From IMG/VR virus record IMGVR_UViG_3300037471_000830: 64,000 bases of DNA, one strand, 5' to 3'. The position numbers and the translations under genes are program-made. The notes beneath the pieces are model-generated. The model saw only the letters and a list, made by a program, of their open reading frames with translations. It did no database searches and was not told where the DNA came from. Each line of letters starts with the position of its first letter. The stretch's first letter is position 1. Below, one piece after another: positions 9,508 to 19,479 of the stretch. This DNA comes from a virus (taxonomy: Duplodnaviria; Heunggongvirae; Uroviricota; Caudoviricetes).

Positions 9508-9917
9508 TCGCCACCGCTACTTTGTGCCTGGCTGTCAACGTGTACCAGGAGGCCCGTGGGGAACCCATCCCGGGCCAGTACGCGGTGGCGTTCGTGACGA
9601 TGCAGCGAGCCAAGCAGGACCGCAAGAAGGTCTGCAAGGCGGTGTTCGAGCCCTGGCAGTTCTCATGGACCGTCAAGGGCGCAAGGAAAGAGGGCATCGG
9701 CTGGCGAGTCGATACGCCCAAAGAGAAGGATGCGTGGAAAACGGCGCAGATCGTCGCCGACCAAGTGCTTGCGGGCCGGATACCGAACTGGCTGGGTCCG
9801 ATGACGCACTACCACGCGAGGGAAGTCAAGCCACGGTGGCGGCTGGCGATGACGCGCATCAAGACCATTGGCCGCCACATCTTTTACCGATCGAATCAGT
9901 CAGGAGTGACATCATGA
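9501..9917 (+). CDS. SleB/Hydrolase_2-family cell wall hydrolase (candidate endolysin)
   Basis: motif NVYQEARGEP...AVA.V..QRAKQ...WQFSWT matches SleB-type amidase signature; ATG 9501 in frame of ORF 9333..9917. Confidence 0.7.
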   Translation: MLIATATLCLAVNVYQEARGEPIPGQYAVAFVTMQRAKQDRKKVCKAVFEPWQFSWTVKGARKEGIGWRVDTPKEKDAWKTAQIVADQVLAGRIPNWLGPMTHYHAREVKPRWRLAMTRIKTIGRHIFYRSNQSGVTS

Positions 9918-10975
9918 TTTTTGGGGCTCTTTCGGACTCGCACAACCATTCGTGGTCAGCGTTCGCGTCCACCAACAAGGAGGGCGTGAATACGCGCTTG
10001 CAGGAAATCCTCGACGAGACCCTGCGCTGCGCTCAGGAGGTCAAGGACAAGGGCGGCAGGCTCATCCTGCACACGGGCGACCTGTTTCATGTGCGCGGCT
10101 CCGTCGCGCCCTCGGTCCTCAACCCGACGCTGGGCGTGTACCGCCACATCGTCAAGGACATGAGCATGGAAGTGTTCATGCTCGCCGGCAATCACGACCT
10201 GGAGGGACGCGAAGCCGAGCGCGTGGGCAACGCCATGACGGCGCTGGAGGAGGTCGGCGTGCATGTGATCCACGAGCCCTGGGCGGTCGATGCCTACGGG
10301 CTCGCGTTCATCCCGTGGATGCCGTCCGTGGCGGAGCTCAAGAAGCAGATCGAGGCGACACCGCGCCGCAAGGACGAAACGATCCTGCTGCTGCACGCGC
10401 CCATCGACGGCGTGATTCCGGGACTGCCTGACCACGGGCTCGATCCGGCCTGGCTGGCGGGCCTGGGCTTCAAGGCGATCTTCTCCGGCCATTACCACAA
10501 CCACCGCCACATGGGCGGCAATGTCTACAGCGTTGGCGCGCTCACGCACCAGACCTGGAGCGACGTGGGCAGCAAGGCGGGCTTCCTGATCGTGGACAGC
10601 GGCGCCGCTGGCGTCGATGTGACCTGGCGCTGCACCCGCGCGCCGCAGTTCGTGGACATTGGTGCGGGCATGAGCGAAGCGGACATGATGGCTGTCGCGG
10701 ACGGCAACTACGTGCGCGCCCGCATGTCCACGGGCAACAAGTCCGAAATCGAAGGGATGCGCGAGTTCCTGCTGGGCGCCGGCGCCAAGGGCGTCACGAT
10801 CCTGGCCGAGCCGCCCAAGACGACCGTGGCGCGCAGCGAGAGTGCGGTGAAGGCCGGCGCCACGATGGAGGCGTCCGTTTCCGACTACATCGACCGCAGC
10901 GCCTTCGACAGCAAGGAGAAGGTCAAGGCGCTGTGCCAGGACATCCTTCGCGAAGCGCAAGAGGTTGAGGCGTGA
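9914..10975 (+). CDS. sbcD: Mre11/SbcD-family nuclease (T4 gp47-like)
   Basis: calcineurin-like phosphoesterase motifs (SDSHN, HTGDLFH, GNHD, GHYH); directly upstream of Rad50-like gene. Confidence 0.8.
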   Translation: MIFGALSDSHNHSWSAFASTNKEGVNTRLQEILDETLRCAQEVKDKGGRLILHTGDLFHVRGSVAPSVLNPTLGVYRHIVKDMSMEVFMLAGNHDLEGREAERVGNAMTALEEVGVHVIHEPWAVDAYGLAFIPWMPSVAELKKQIEATPRRKDETILLLHAPIDGVIPGLPDHGLDPAWLAGLGFKAIFSGHYHNHRHMGGNVYSVGALTHQTWSDVGSKAGFLIVDSGAAGVDVTWRCTRAPQFVDIGAGMSEADMMAVADGNYVRARMSTGNKSEIEGMREFLLGAGAKGVTILAEPPKTTVARSESAVKAGATMEASVSDYIDRSAFDSKEKVKALCQDILREAQEVEA

Positions 10976-11388
10976 GCGGCGTCATCTGCCCCTACTGCGA
11001 GAAGCCGGCCAAGCTGGTGACTGGCGCGCAGATGTACCCGTACCGCCCGGACCTCGCCGATCTTCGCTTTTGGGACTGCCGGCCCTGCGACGCCTATGTC
11101 GGCTGTCACAAGAACGGCAGCGGTTATGGCGACGGTACGCGCCCGCTGGGGCGGCTTGCCAACGCCGAACTGCGCGATGCCAAACAAATGGCGCACCGCT
11201 TCTTCGATCAACTCTGGAAGTCTGGTGGGATGAAGCGTGGCAGCGCCTACGCCTGGTTGGCGGACGAGCTTCGTATTCCCAAGCAGGACTGTCACATTGG
11301 CATGTTCGACGTGCAGCGGTGCAAGGATGTGGTCAAGGCAGTGCAGCGTCGGTACGCAGGCATTCGAGCCAAAGGAGAACAAGCATGA
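10972..11388 (+). CDS. zinc-finger protein (CPYC...CRPC) inserted between sbcD-like and sbcC-like genes
   Basis: GTG start overlapping previous stop; Cys pairs; ORF track. Confidence 0.5.
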   Translation: MSGVICPYCEKPAKLVTGAQMYPYRPDLADLRFWDCRPCDAYVGCHKNGSGYGDGTRPLGRLANAELRDAKQMAHRFFDQLWKSGGMKRGSAYAWLADELRIPKQDCHIGMFDVQRCKDVVKAVQRRYAGIRAKGEQA

Positions 11389-13319
11389 ATTTCGAGCTGG
11401 TCAAGATCAAGAACTTCCTCACGCTGGCGGACGCCGAGCTGGGTCTGGCGGATCGCGGGCTGGTGCTCATCCAGGGCGCCAACCAGGATGACCCCAGCGC
11501 CAAGTCCAACGGGGCGGGTAAGTCGTCCATGGTGGATGCGATCTGCTGGGCGCTCTATGGCGTCACGGCCCGAGGCGTCACCGGCGACGCGGTGATCAAC
11601 AAGGTGGCGGGCAAGGGCTGCTGGGTGGAGCTGACGCTGCGCGACGACAAGACCGTGATCATGATCCGTCGCCACCGCAAAGACCCGACGCACAAGAACG
11701 CCTTGATGCTGTGGGTGGACGAGAAGGACTGCACCAAGGGCACCGACAAGGAGACCCAGGACGCCATCCTCAAGCTGGTGGGGTGCAGCCAGGATGTCTT
11801 CATGGCGAGCGTGTACGCGGGCCAAGAGCGCATGCCCGACCTGCCAGGCATGACGGACAAGCAGTTGAAGCTGCTGATCGAGGAGGCGGCCGGCGTCGAG
11901 CGGCTGGAGGCGGCCTACACCATCGCCCGCAGCAAACTCACCGTCGCCAAGAACGACCTGACGCTCAAGCAGGGCCTGCGTGCGTCACAAGCCACCACGC
12001 TGGCAAGCGAGGAGGCGTCGTTGCTCACCGCGCAGTCGAACTTCGCCGGCTTCGAGGACTCGCGCAAGGGCTTGGCCGAGAGCTACACCGGCAGCGTCAA
12101 GACGATCGGCGCCGAAGCCCTGGAGCTGGGTCGCAAGATCAAGACAGCGGACAAGCCGGCGCTGCTCAAGCGCCAGGGCGAGCTGGACACGGCTCTTGAT
12201 GGACACAAGGAGCGGGAGTGCAAGCGCGAGGAGCTGCGCGCTGCGGTTGTGGCAGCTGAGCGCGAACATGACCGGCGCACGCGCGAGGAGGAGAACTTCC
12301 TGACTTCCGCGCGTCGTCTCAAGCACGCCTATGAGCATCCCGAGGAGGCTGTGAAGGGCAACTGCGAGGCGTGCGGCAAGCCGCACGATGCGTCGGACGT
12401 GGAGAGCTACCGCACGCACATCAAGGGCCTGCTGGTCGAGGCAGTGAAGCAGGCAAAGGAGGCGAAGGCTAAGACCGCCAACGCCTACGAGGCGCTGGTG
12501 ACGGCGCAGAAGCGGCTGGACGAGTATGTCGCGGCCATGCCGGACATGAGCGCGCTGCTGGTGGAGCAGGGCGGCATTCGCACCAAGCTGGGCGAGGTCG
12601 AAAGCCTGGAGCGCAACTTCGTCCTCAAGCGCAAGGACATGGAACGCGAGAAGGCGAAGGCCGACCAGGCGCTCACCGAGCCCAATCCGCACGCCGCCAC
12701 CGTGAAGCTGCTGACCGAGCGAGTGAGCAAGATCGGCGACGCCATCACGAAGCTCAACACCGAAATCATCGAGCAGGAAGCTGCGGTCCAAGTCCACGAG
12801 CTTGCGTCCAAGGTCTTCGGGCCGGCAGGGGTGCGGGCACACATTCTGGACACCGTGACGCCCTACCTGAACGAGCGGACCAAGGAATACCTGGGCGCGC
12901 TGTCGGACGGGAACATCCACGCCACGTGGTCCACGCTCACCAAGAGCGCCAAGGGCGAGGCGAAGGAGAAGTTCTCCATCGAGGTCATCAACGAGAAGGG
13001 CGCCGAGTCCTTCGATGGTCTCAGCGGCGGGGAGAAGCGCAAGGTGCGCCTGGCGTGCGCGCTGGCCCTGCAAGACTTGGTGGCGTCCCGTGCGGCCAAG
13101 CCGATTTCCCTGTTCGTCGGCGACGAGATTGACGACGCTCTGGACGAAGCCGGTCTGGAGCGGTTGATGGGCATCCTGGAGCGCAAGGCGCGCGACCGGG
13201 GGACCGTGCTCATCATCAGCCACAACTCGCTTGCGGATTGGGTGGACCAGATCATCACCGTAACCAAGAAGGGTGGCGTGTCCACCATCGACGGCGCAAC
13301 CGGCGTGGGAGCCTGGTAA
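11385..13319 (+). CDS. sbcC: Rad50/SbcC-family ATPase (T4 gp46-like)
   Basis: N-terminal Walker A GANQDDPSAKSNGAGKSS, long coiled-coil with CxxC zinc hook (CEACGKPHD), C-terminal signature LSGGEKRKV and Walker B; ATG 11385 chosen over longer ORF. Confidence 0.85.
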   Translation: MNFELVKIKNFLTLADAELGLADRGLVLIQGANQDDPSAKSNGAGKSSMVDAICWALYGVTARGVTGDAVINKVAGKGCWVELTLRDDKTVIMIRRHRKDPTHKNALMLWVDEKDCTKGTDKETQDAILKLVGCSQDVFMASVYAGQERMPDLPGMTDKQLKLLIEEAAGVERLEAAYTIARSKLTVAKNDLTLKQGLRASQATTLASEEASLLTAQSNFAGFEDSRKGLAESYTGSVKTIGAEALELGRKIKTADKPALLKRQGELDTALDGHKERECKREELRAAVVAAEREHDRRTREEENFLTSARRLKHAYEHPEEAVKGNCEACGKPHDASDVESYRTHIKGLLVEAVKQAKEAKAKTANAYEALVTAQKRLDEYVAAMPDMSALLVEQGGIRTKLGEVESLERNFVLKRKDMEREKAKADQALTEPNPHAATVKLLTERVSKIGDAITKLNTEIIEQEAAVQVHELASKVFGPAGVRAHILDTVTPYLNERTKEYLGALSDGNIHATWSTLTKSAKGEAKEKFSIEVINEKGAESFDGLSGGEKRKVRLACALALQDLVASRAAKPISLFVGDEIDDALDEAGLERLMGILERKARDRGTVLIISHNSLADWVDQIITVTKKGGVSTIDGATGVGAW

Positions 13320-14257
13320 TGAACAAGGACGACGAGAGGATGAAGGTCTTCTCGTCGCTTGCGGTCCTCAAACCGGAAGCGGCGGGAAAGATCATCCTGA
13401 CCTCCACACCAAGCGGCGCCTCTGACCGCTTGATTCACCGCATGATGAAGGCCAAGCCGTTCGAGTTCACGCTGGACAAGCGAATGAACGAAATCGCCAA
13501 GTCGAGAAATCCCGCCTCGGAAGTGCCCATGATCACCGGGAGAACGTTCGACAAGGTGTGGATGGACGAGGCCGCCTCCATAAAGGCGGAGGACTTTGCG
13601 AAATTGTTCCTGACATCGCCCGACCTTGGCGGTTCTACAATCTCAACATCAGTCAGCACTGAAGCATCAAAGTCCGTCAGTTACGAGGACTTGATCGACC
13701 TCTCCAAGAGCCTGGAGAAGACGACGGGCAGGCACTACACGGCCAGCTCCATCAAAGACGCCACATCTGCAATGGAGGCGTTCTTTGCGCCCAAGAACAA
13801 GGATGAACCCATGACCACGCGCACCCTGGAAGACTTGCCCTGGAAGATTCAGAAGGCCGTTGCCGAAGACCATATCGCCGAACTCGACGCCGCCATTGGC
13901 ATGGGCGAGAACATCGACGTGGCCCTGTCTGGCCCGCGCAAGCTCACCGTGAAGGAGGGCAGCGGCTACAAGGTCAAGGCGCATATCGGCGGCGAGGACT
14001 TCCGACTGGTCGGTGCCTACATCGGATCGCGCAAAGGCCCGATCCTCAAATTCAAGCCGCTGAGCCCCAGCGCCTACGCTCACGCTGAAGTCCCTATCGC
14101 CGAGTGCATGGAAGCCTTCGACGGCAACTTGATGCGCCGGCTGTCGGACCTCATCGACACGAACATGGACCTGCCCGAGCCGGAACCGGCCACCGGCACG
14201 CCCGTGAAGCTCGACGCCCGGCGCGTCGCCACCTACGAAGACTTTGGATCGTTCTGA
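13319..14257 (+). CDS. hypothetical protein
   Basis: ATG 13319 overlapping previous stop (TAATG); ORF track 13238..14257. Confidence 0.55.
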   Translation: MNKDDERMKVFSSLAVLKPEAAGKIILTSTPSGASDRLIHRMMKAKPFEFTLDKRMNEIAKSRNPASEVPMITGRTFDKVWMDEAASIKAEDFAKLFLTSPDLGGSTISTSVSTEASKSVSYEDLIDLSKSLEKTTGRHYTASSIKDATSAMEAFFAPKNKDEPMTTRTLEDLPWKIQKAVAEDHIAELDAAIGMGENIDVALSGPRKLTVKEGSGYKVKAHIGGEDFRLVGAYIGSRKGPILKFKPLSPSAYAHAEVPIAECMEAFDGNLMRRLSDLIDTNMDLPEPEPATGTPVKLDARRVATYEDFGSF

Positions 14258-14260
14258 GCC

Positions 14261-14833
14261 ATGAAAATCAAGCTGGTGGGCTTTGACCCCGCAGTCCGCA
14301 ACCTGGGTATCGCCTGGGCCACTTACAACACCGACACGGGCGAACTGGATGTAGAGAAGTTGCGCCTGGTGAAGACGGAAAACCAGGCCGGCAAGACTGT
14401 GCGCAAAAGCTCCGACGATATGCGACGCGGTAGGATTCTTCACGAAGCCATGACCGATTGCTGTCGCACCGCAGCCATCGCCATCGCAGAGATACCGGAA
14501 GGCACACAGTCGGCGCGCGGCGCCATGTCCAACGGCATCTGTATCGGTGTGCTGGTGGGTTGCCCCATTCCGTTGATCGAAGTGGCGCCCAACGACACAA
14601 AGTTGGCGGCGGTAGGCATCAAGACCGCTACCAAGGGCGAGATGATTGCCTGGGCTGTAGCGAAGTACCCAGACCTCAACTGGCTGCGCCAGAAGCGCAA
14701 GGGCGTCATGGAGCTGATCAATGACAACGAGCACCTGGCCGACGCCATTGGCGTGCTGCACGCCGGCGTGAAGACCGCTGAGTTCAAGGCGGCGGTGGGC
14801 TTTTTCCGTTCCGCAGCAGTCAGTCACTCATGA
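14261..14833 (+). CDS. RuvC-like Holliday junction resolvase
   Basis: KLVGFDPAVRNLGIAWA (RuvC GIDPG.R.TG-like) and C-terminal DA.GV motif; in recombination module. Confidence 0.65.
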   Translation: MKIKLVGFDPAVRNLGIAWATYNTDTGELDVEKLRLVKTENQAGKTVRKSSDDMRRGRILHEAMTDCCRTAAIAIAEIPEGTQSARGAMSNGICIGVLVGCPIPLIEVAPNDTKLAAVGIKTATKGEMIAWAVAKYPDLNWLRQKRKGVMELINDNEHLADAIGVLHAGVKTAEFKAAVGFFRSAAVSHS

Positions 14834-15336
14834 AGAATCTCAAGGAGATAGGCGGCTGTGTCGCCGAAAAGATCGTGTCCTTCGATCTTCTGGTGGGCTC
14901 CCGGGGCGTCGAGCGTCGAGAGACCATCTTTAGGCAGGCCCAGGAAGCAGCCGCGCATCAGCTTCGGCACGACTACCTGAGCAAGCACGACGGCGACAAG
15001 GATTGTCTGGAGTGCGCTCACTGCAAGACCCGCATGGAGCAGCACGATCCCATGAGCTTTGAAGGCCCCAAGGCCCGCGCCTACATGCGGTGCGAGACTC
15101 GTGGCCCTTGCGTCAAGGAAATTCCAAGGGAAGTCTTCAGCTACCGGGACATGAAGATGACCACAACCACGGCGCCCCTGGTGGCGGACGTGCCTGACCA
15201 CGCCCTTGACGCGACCAAGTACGCCTTCGACGCCATGAAGGACAAGCTTGTCCCAGCCAAGGGCGGCTATGGTGGTCTGCCGCCACAGCCCGTAGTCAAC
15301 CGCGACTTGCCCGCGACCAGCGTGGACGCTTGGTAA
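14830..15336 (+). CDS. hypothetical Cys-rich protein
   Basis: ORF track; overlapping start-stop. Confidence 0.5.
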   Translation: MKNLKEIGGCVAEKIVSFDLLVGSRGVERRETIFRQAQEAAAHQLRHDYLSKHDGDKDCLECAHCKTRMEQHDPMSFEGPKARAYMRCETRGPCVKEIPREVFSYRDMKMTTTTAPLVADVPDHALDATKYAFDAMKDKLVPAKGGYGGLPPQPVVNRDLPATSVDAW

Positions 15337-15430
15337 GCGCAAATTTCATCTTCCGCACATAGTCAGTCACGACTGAGCTAAATTAGAATCTCGCCCCCGA
15401 TCAACCCGCAACACACTCAAGGAAGTACCT

Positions 15431-17704
15431 GTGCAAGTTTTCAAGCGCGATGGCTCTGTGGAGCCCTTCGACATGGAGAAGATCGAACGTCTGACCGAAT
15501 TCGCCACCCGCGAACTGAAAGTCGATGTCTCCAAGCTCAAGCGCGAAACCAAGCTCCTGATCTTCGACGGCATGAAGACGGAGGACATCTTCAAGGCGCA
15601 AGTCAGCGCCGCTGCTGGTCTGATTTCACAGGCTGAGCCGGACTTCACCTACGTGGCGGCCCGCTACCTCCTGTGCGACCTCTACAAGCGCGTCACGGGC
15701 AAGCCTGGCTACCACCACATCGCCACCGTGATCGACGCCGGCGTGAAGGACGGCCGCTACAGCAAGCGCATGGCGACCACCTTCGACCTGGACGCGATCA
15801 ACGCCGTCATCAAGCCCGAGCGCGACTTCCAGTTCCAATACTTCGGTCTCCAGAACGTCGTGGACCGCTACCTGATGCGGCTGACCACCGGCAAGATCAT
15901 CGAACTGCCGCAGCAGTTCCTGATGCGCGTGGCGATGGGCCTGGCGCTCAACGAAGCGGACGCGACCGGCAAGGCCATCGAGTTCTACGAACTGCTGTCC
16001 AGCTTCGACGGCATGGACTCCACGCCCACGCTGTTCAACTCCGGCACGGTGCGCAGCCAGCTCTCGTCCTGCTACCTCAACATCGTCGCCGACCAGATCA
16101 GCGCCGAAATCGAAGAAGGCGAGAACCGCTGGGCCTCCATCTACGGGACCATCGAGGAGTCGGCCCGCCTGTCCAAGTACGCGGGCGGCATCGGAACCTC
16201 GTGGAACCGCGTGCGCGGCGCGGGCTCGCTGATCAAAGGCACCAACGGCAAGTCCAGCGGCGTCATCCCGTACATCAAGGTGTGGAACGACACGGCGGTG
16301 GCGGTGAACCAGGGCGGCAAGCGCAAGGGCTCCTTTGCTCCGTACCTGGAGCCCTGGCACCCCGACTTCTGGAACTTCTGCGAGCTGAAGAAGGAGTTCG
16401 GCGACGACCGGCTGCGCGCCCATGACGTGTACCCCGCCTCCTGGCTGCCGGACCTGTTCATGCGCCGCGTGGAAGCTGGCGGCATGTGGTCCACCTTCGA
16501 CCCGCATGCTCACCCGGAGCTCCACGAGCTGTATGGCGAGGAGTTCGAGGAGCGGTACATCGAGCTGGAGAGCGAAGGCAAGTTCATGTCGCAGCGGCCG
16601 GCGATGGAGGTCTGGAAGCACATCCTGACCAACCTGTTCGAGACCGGCCATCCGTGGATCACGTTCAAGGACGAGTGCAACCGCCGCAACCCGCAGTCGC
16701 ACGCCGGCGTGGTGCATAGCTCCAACCTCTGCACGGAAATCACGCTCAACACGTCCGACGACGAAACGGCGGTGTGCAACCTGGGCAGCGTCAACCTCGC
16801 CAACCACGTCAAGGACGGCGAGATGGACTACGACAAGCTGCGCAGGACCGTCCGCACCATGGTTCGGATGCTGGACAACGTGATCGACCTCAACTACTAC
16901 CCGAGCGACCGCGCCAAGCACGCCAACCTGCGTCACCGCGCCATCGGCCTGGGCGTCATGGGCTACACCGAGGCGATGGTGGCTTGTGGCATTGATTGGG
17001 AGTCCACCGAGCACCTGGATTGGGCCGACGAACTGTTCGAGCGTTGGAGCTACTACGCCATCGAGGCGTCGTGCGACCTGGCCGCCGAGCGCGGCTCCTA
17101 CCAGACCTTCGAGGGCTCGAAGTGGAGCGAAGGCATCCTGCCTATCGACACTGCTCGCGAGCAGGACCAGACGATGCCCTGGCATGTCCTGCGCGACAAG
17201 GTGCAGCGCGTCGGGATGCGCAACTCCAACGTGATGGCCCTGGCCCCGACCGCGACCATCTCCATCATCGTCGGCACCACGCCTTGCATCGAGGCGCCGT
17301 TTGAGCTGGAGAGCATCGAGGGCAACATTTCCGGCACCTTCAAGGTCATCGACCCGTGCCTGCGCTACGGCCGTCCTGAACTGGTCAAGACCGTGTGGCA
17401 GATCGCGCCGGTGTGGGTGATCGAGGCTGCGGCGGTGCGTCAGAAGTGGATCGACCAGTCGCAGTCCGTGAACGTCTTCGCCAAGTGGGGCACCAAGGGC
17501 CGTGAGCTGGCGGAGATTTACATCCGAGCCTGGAAGCGCGGCCTGAAGACCACCTACTACCTGCGCACGCAGAGCAAGGAAGTCCAGGACTCCAAGCTCA
17601 AGGCGGTGGAGCAGCGCACCCAGCAGACCGCAGCCCCGGATGCGCTGGACCAGGCCGTCAACCTGTGCAGCATCGACAACCCTGGCTGCGAGAGCTGCCA
17701 ATAA
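15431..17704 (+). CDS. nrdA: ribonucleotide reductase class I large subunit
   Basis: N-terminal ATP cone (VFKRDGSVEPFDMEKI), catalytic motifs (SNLCTEI, CNLGS), C-terminal CESCQ tail; GTG start with AAGGAAG RBS. Confidence 0.9.
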   Translation: MQVFKRDGSVEPFDMEKIERLTEFATRELKVDVSKLKRETKLLIFDGMKTEDIFKAQVSAAAGLISQAEPDFTYVAARYLLCDLYKRVTGKPGYHHIATVIDAGVKDGRYSKRMATTFDLDAINAVIKPERDFQFQYFGLQNVVDRYLMRLTTGKIIELPQQFLMRVAMGLALNEADATGKAIEFYELLSSFDGMDSTPTLFNSGTVRSQLSSCYLNIVADQISAEIEEGENRWASIYGTIEESARLSKYAGGIGTSWNRVRGAGSLIKGTNGKSSGVIPYIKVWNDTAVAVNQGGKRKGSFAPYLEPWHPDFWNFCELKKEFGDDRLRAHDVYPASWLPDLFMRRVEAGGMWSTFDPHAHPELHELYGEEFEERYIELESEGKFMSQRPAMEVWKHILTNLFETGHPWITFKDECNRRNPQSHAGVVHSSNLCTEITLNTSDDETAVCNLGSVNLANHVKDGEMDYDKLRRTVRTMVRMLDNVIDLNYYPSDRAKHANLRHRAIGLGVMGYTEAMVACGIDWESTEHLDWADELFERWSYYAIEASCDLAAERGSYQTFEGSKWSEGILPIDTAREQDQTMPWHVLRDKVQRVGMRNSNVMALAPTATISIIVGTTPCIEAPFELESIEGNISGTFKVIDPCLRYGRPELVKTVWQIAPVWVIEAAAVRQKWIDQSQSVNVFAKWGTKGRELAEIYIRAWKRGLKTTYYLRTQSKEVQDSKLKAVEQRTQQTAAPDALDQAVNLCSIDNPGCESCQ

Positions 17705-17727
17705 TCATCAGTCACTACTGAGAAATG

Positions 17728-17752
17728 CAAAGGCCCTTCGGGGCCTTTCTCA
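17728..17752 (+). terminator. rho-independent terminator (GGCCC-TTCG-GGGCC + TTTCT)
   Basis: perfect GC hairpin with TTCG tetraloop and T-run 25 nt after nrdA stop. Confidence 0.65.
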
Positions 17753-17766
17753 ACGGAGAAGCAAGC

Positions 17767-18117
17767 ATGGCTGTGAAAACAACCGGAGTCGAGTGGAAGC
17801 GGTTCTACAACGACCAGGAGTATTGGCCCAAGGGGCGCTATCACGACGAGGAGGTCATCTATATCGACGGCGTAATGCCAGAAGAAGTCGATCTGGACAA
17901 CATCCCCGACGCCGCCGTCATGAAGATCGAAGGCGGCTATGTGGCCGACGACACGGTGGGCCAAATCAAGGACACCACCATCAACTCCCTGGAGGGCCAC
18001 TTCAAGAAGTGGCGCAAGAAGCAATCCACGGAGTCCATCGTCATCGAAGTGGACAAGTCCAAGGTCGAAGAACTCAAAGCGGCGCTCAAGAGCCTGGGCG
18101 CCAAGATCGTGAAGTAG
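17767..18117 (+). CDS. hypothetical protein (alternative upstream start at 17725 would read through the terminator hairpin)
   Basis: ATG 17767 with GGAGAAG RBS downstream of terminator; ORF track 17725..18117. Confidence 0.5.
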   Translation: MAVKTTGVEWKRFYNDQEYWPKGRYHDEEVIYIDGVMPEEVDLDNIPDAAVMKIEGGYVADDTVGQIKDTTINSLEGHFKKWRKKQSTESIVIEVDKSKVEELKAALKSLGAKIVK

Positions 18118-18131
18118 GAACGAGAGCAATC

Positions 18132-19136
18132 ATGGAATACCGCGAAATCATCAACGCCCGCCGCATCGCTTTTGGCGAGCCTGATCGCCTCATGAGCATG
18201 GCAGCCATCAAGTACAAGTGGGCGGAGGACATCTATGACGCGATGGAGAACAACACTTGGTTTCCCAAGTCCATCGCCCTGGGTGACGACAAGACCCTCT
18301 ACCGCAGCGGCGGCCTGTCCGAGCGCGAGAAGAACGCCTACGACAAGGCCCTGGCCTTCCTGTCCAACCTGGACGGCATCCAGTTCAACAACCTGATCAC
18401 CAATATCGGCCTGCACATCACGGCGCCGGAAGTCAGCCTGTGCATCGCACGTCAGGCGGCCGAGGAGGGCGTTCACGTCCGCTCGTATCAGTTCCTGGTG
18501 GAAGCGGTGTCGCTGGACCCGGAAGCCATCTACATGATGTTCCAGAAGGACGGGATGCTGGCGAAGAAGAACGCCTACATCATGCTTCAGTCCGACGTGC
18601 TGCGCGACGATCCGACGCCGGCCAACTTCGCCCGCGCCGTGGTGGGCAACATCCTGCTCGAAGGGGTCCACTTCTACGCGGGCTTCCTGGTGTTCTATGC
18701 CCTCGCGAAAGCAGGCAAGATGATCGCCAGTGCAGACATGATCAAGTACATCAACCGCGACGAGGGTGGCACTCACCTTGAGCTGTTTGCGCACATTCAC
18801 GACACCTTCCGAGCCGAGAATCCCGGGCTGTACGACCGACAGTTCTACTTGGATGCGGAGCGCATGTTCCGCGATGCGGTGGAGCTCGAAGTCGCTTGGG
18901 GCAAGTACATCATCCAAGGCGGCTTTCTGGCCCTGACCGATCAGGTCATGGAAGACCGGATCAAGTTCCTCGGCAACGAGCGGTGGAAGCTGGTGGCGCC
19001 ACATCTGCCTGCGCTGTACCCCGGCGTGAAGAATCCGTGCGCCTGGGTGGACGACTTCGCCAAGGTCAACGGCGGTCGCCAGAACTTTTTCGAGCGCAAG
19101 CCCACGGATTACGCCGTTGGCGGTCTTGACTGGTAA
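18132..19136 (+). CDS. nrdB: ribonucleotide reductase class I small subunit
   Basis: ferritin-like di-iron motifs (EEGVHVRSY, E..H), Tyr radical region, follows nrdA. Confidence 0.85.
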   Translation: MEYREIINARRIAFGEPDRLMSMAAIKYKWAEDIYDAMENNTWFPKSIALGDDKTLYRSGGLSEREKNAYDKALAFLSNLDGIQFNNLITNIGLHITAPEVSLCIARQAAEEGVHVRSYQFLVEAVSLDPEAIYMMFQKDGMLAKKNAYIMLQSDVLRDDPTPANFARAVVGNILLEGVHFYAGFLVFYALAKAGKMIASADMIKYINRDEGGTHLELFAHIHDTFRAENPGLYDRQFYLDAERMFRDAVELEVAWGKYIIQGGFLALTDQVMEDRIKFLGNERWKLVAPHLPALYPGVKNPCAWVDDFAKVNGGRQNFFERKPTDYAVGGLDW

Positions 19137-19191
19137 GTTTCCACAAAAGATCACTCATTGCTGATCTACAATAAGGGCATGCGGCTCAACA

Positions 19192-19407
19192 ATGAGCCCC
19201 GCGCCCTTAGAAGACCGCAGGGCACGTCGCCTTGCGGTTCACCTGGAGAACAACGTGCTCATCGAAATCAGTCCGCTGATCATCCTCACGATCGCGATCG
19301 TGTGCTTCCTGGCGGGACTTTTCGCTGGCTTCGTCTTTCGACTGCCCTTCATCGCCTGCGACAAGCTCCGCGCGAGCCTCCGCAAATCGCCCCAAACCGC
19401 CTCCTGA
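19192..19407 (+). CDS. small putative membrane protein
   Basis: one strong hydrophobic helix (ISPLIILTIAIVCFLAGLFAGFVF); directly upstream of SPFH gene. Confidence 0.35.
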   Translation: MSPAPLEDRRARRLAVHLENNVLIEISPLIILTIAIVCFLAGLFAGFVFRLPFIACDKLRASLRKSPQTAS

Positions 19408-19479
19408 ACTGCGGTTCTAAAGTTCAGTCATCGCTGAAGCGATAAGCGTTCAAATTTCACACACAAGGAGAAAGCGTTC

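Noticed and set aside
10965-13319. Long 784-aa version of the Rad50-like ORF starting at 10965
   Set aside because: The N-terminal 140 codons overlap the well-formed zinc-finger ORF 10972..11388 in another frame and lack Rad50 features. The ATG at 11385 directly precedes the Walker A region and is coupled to the upstream stop.
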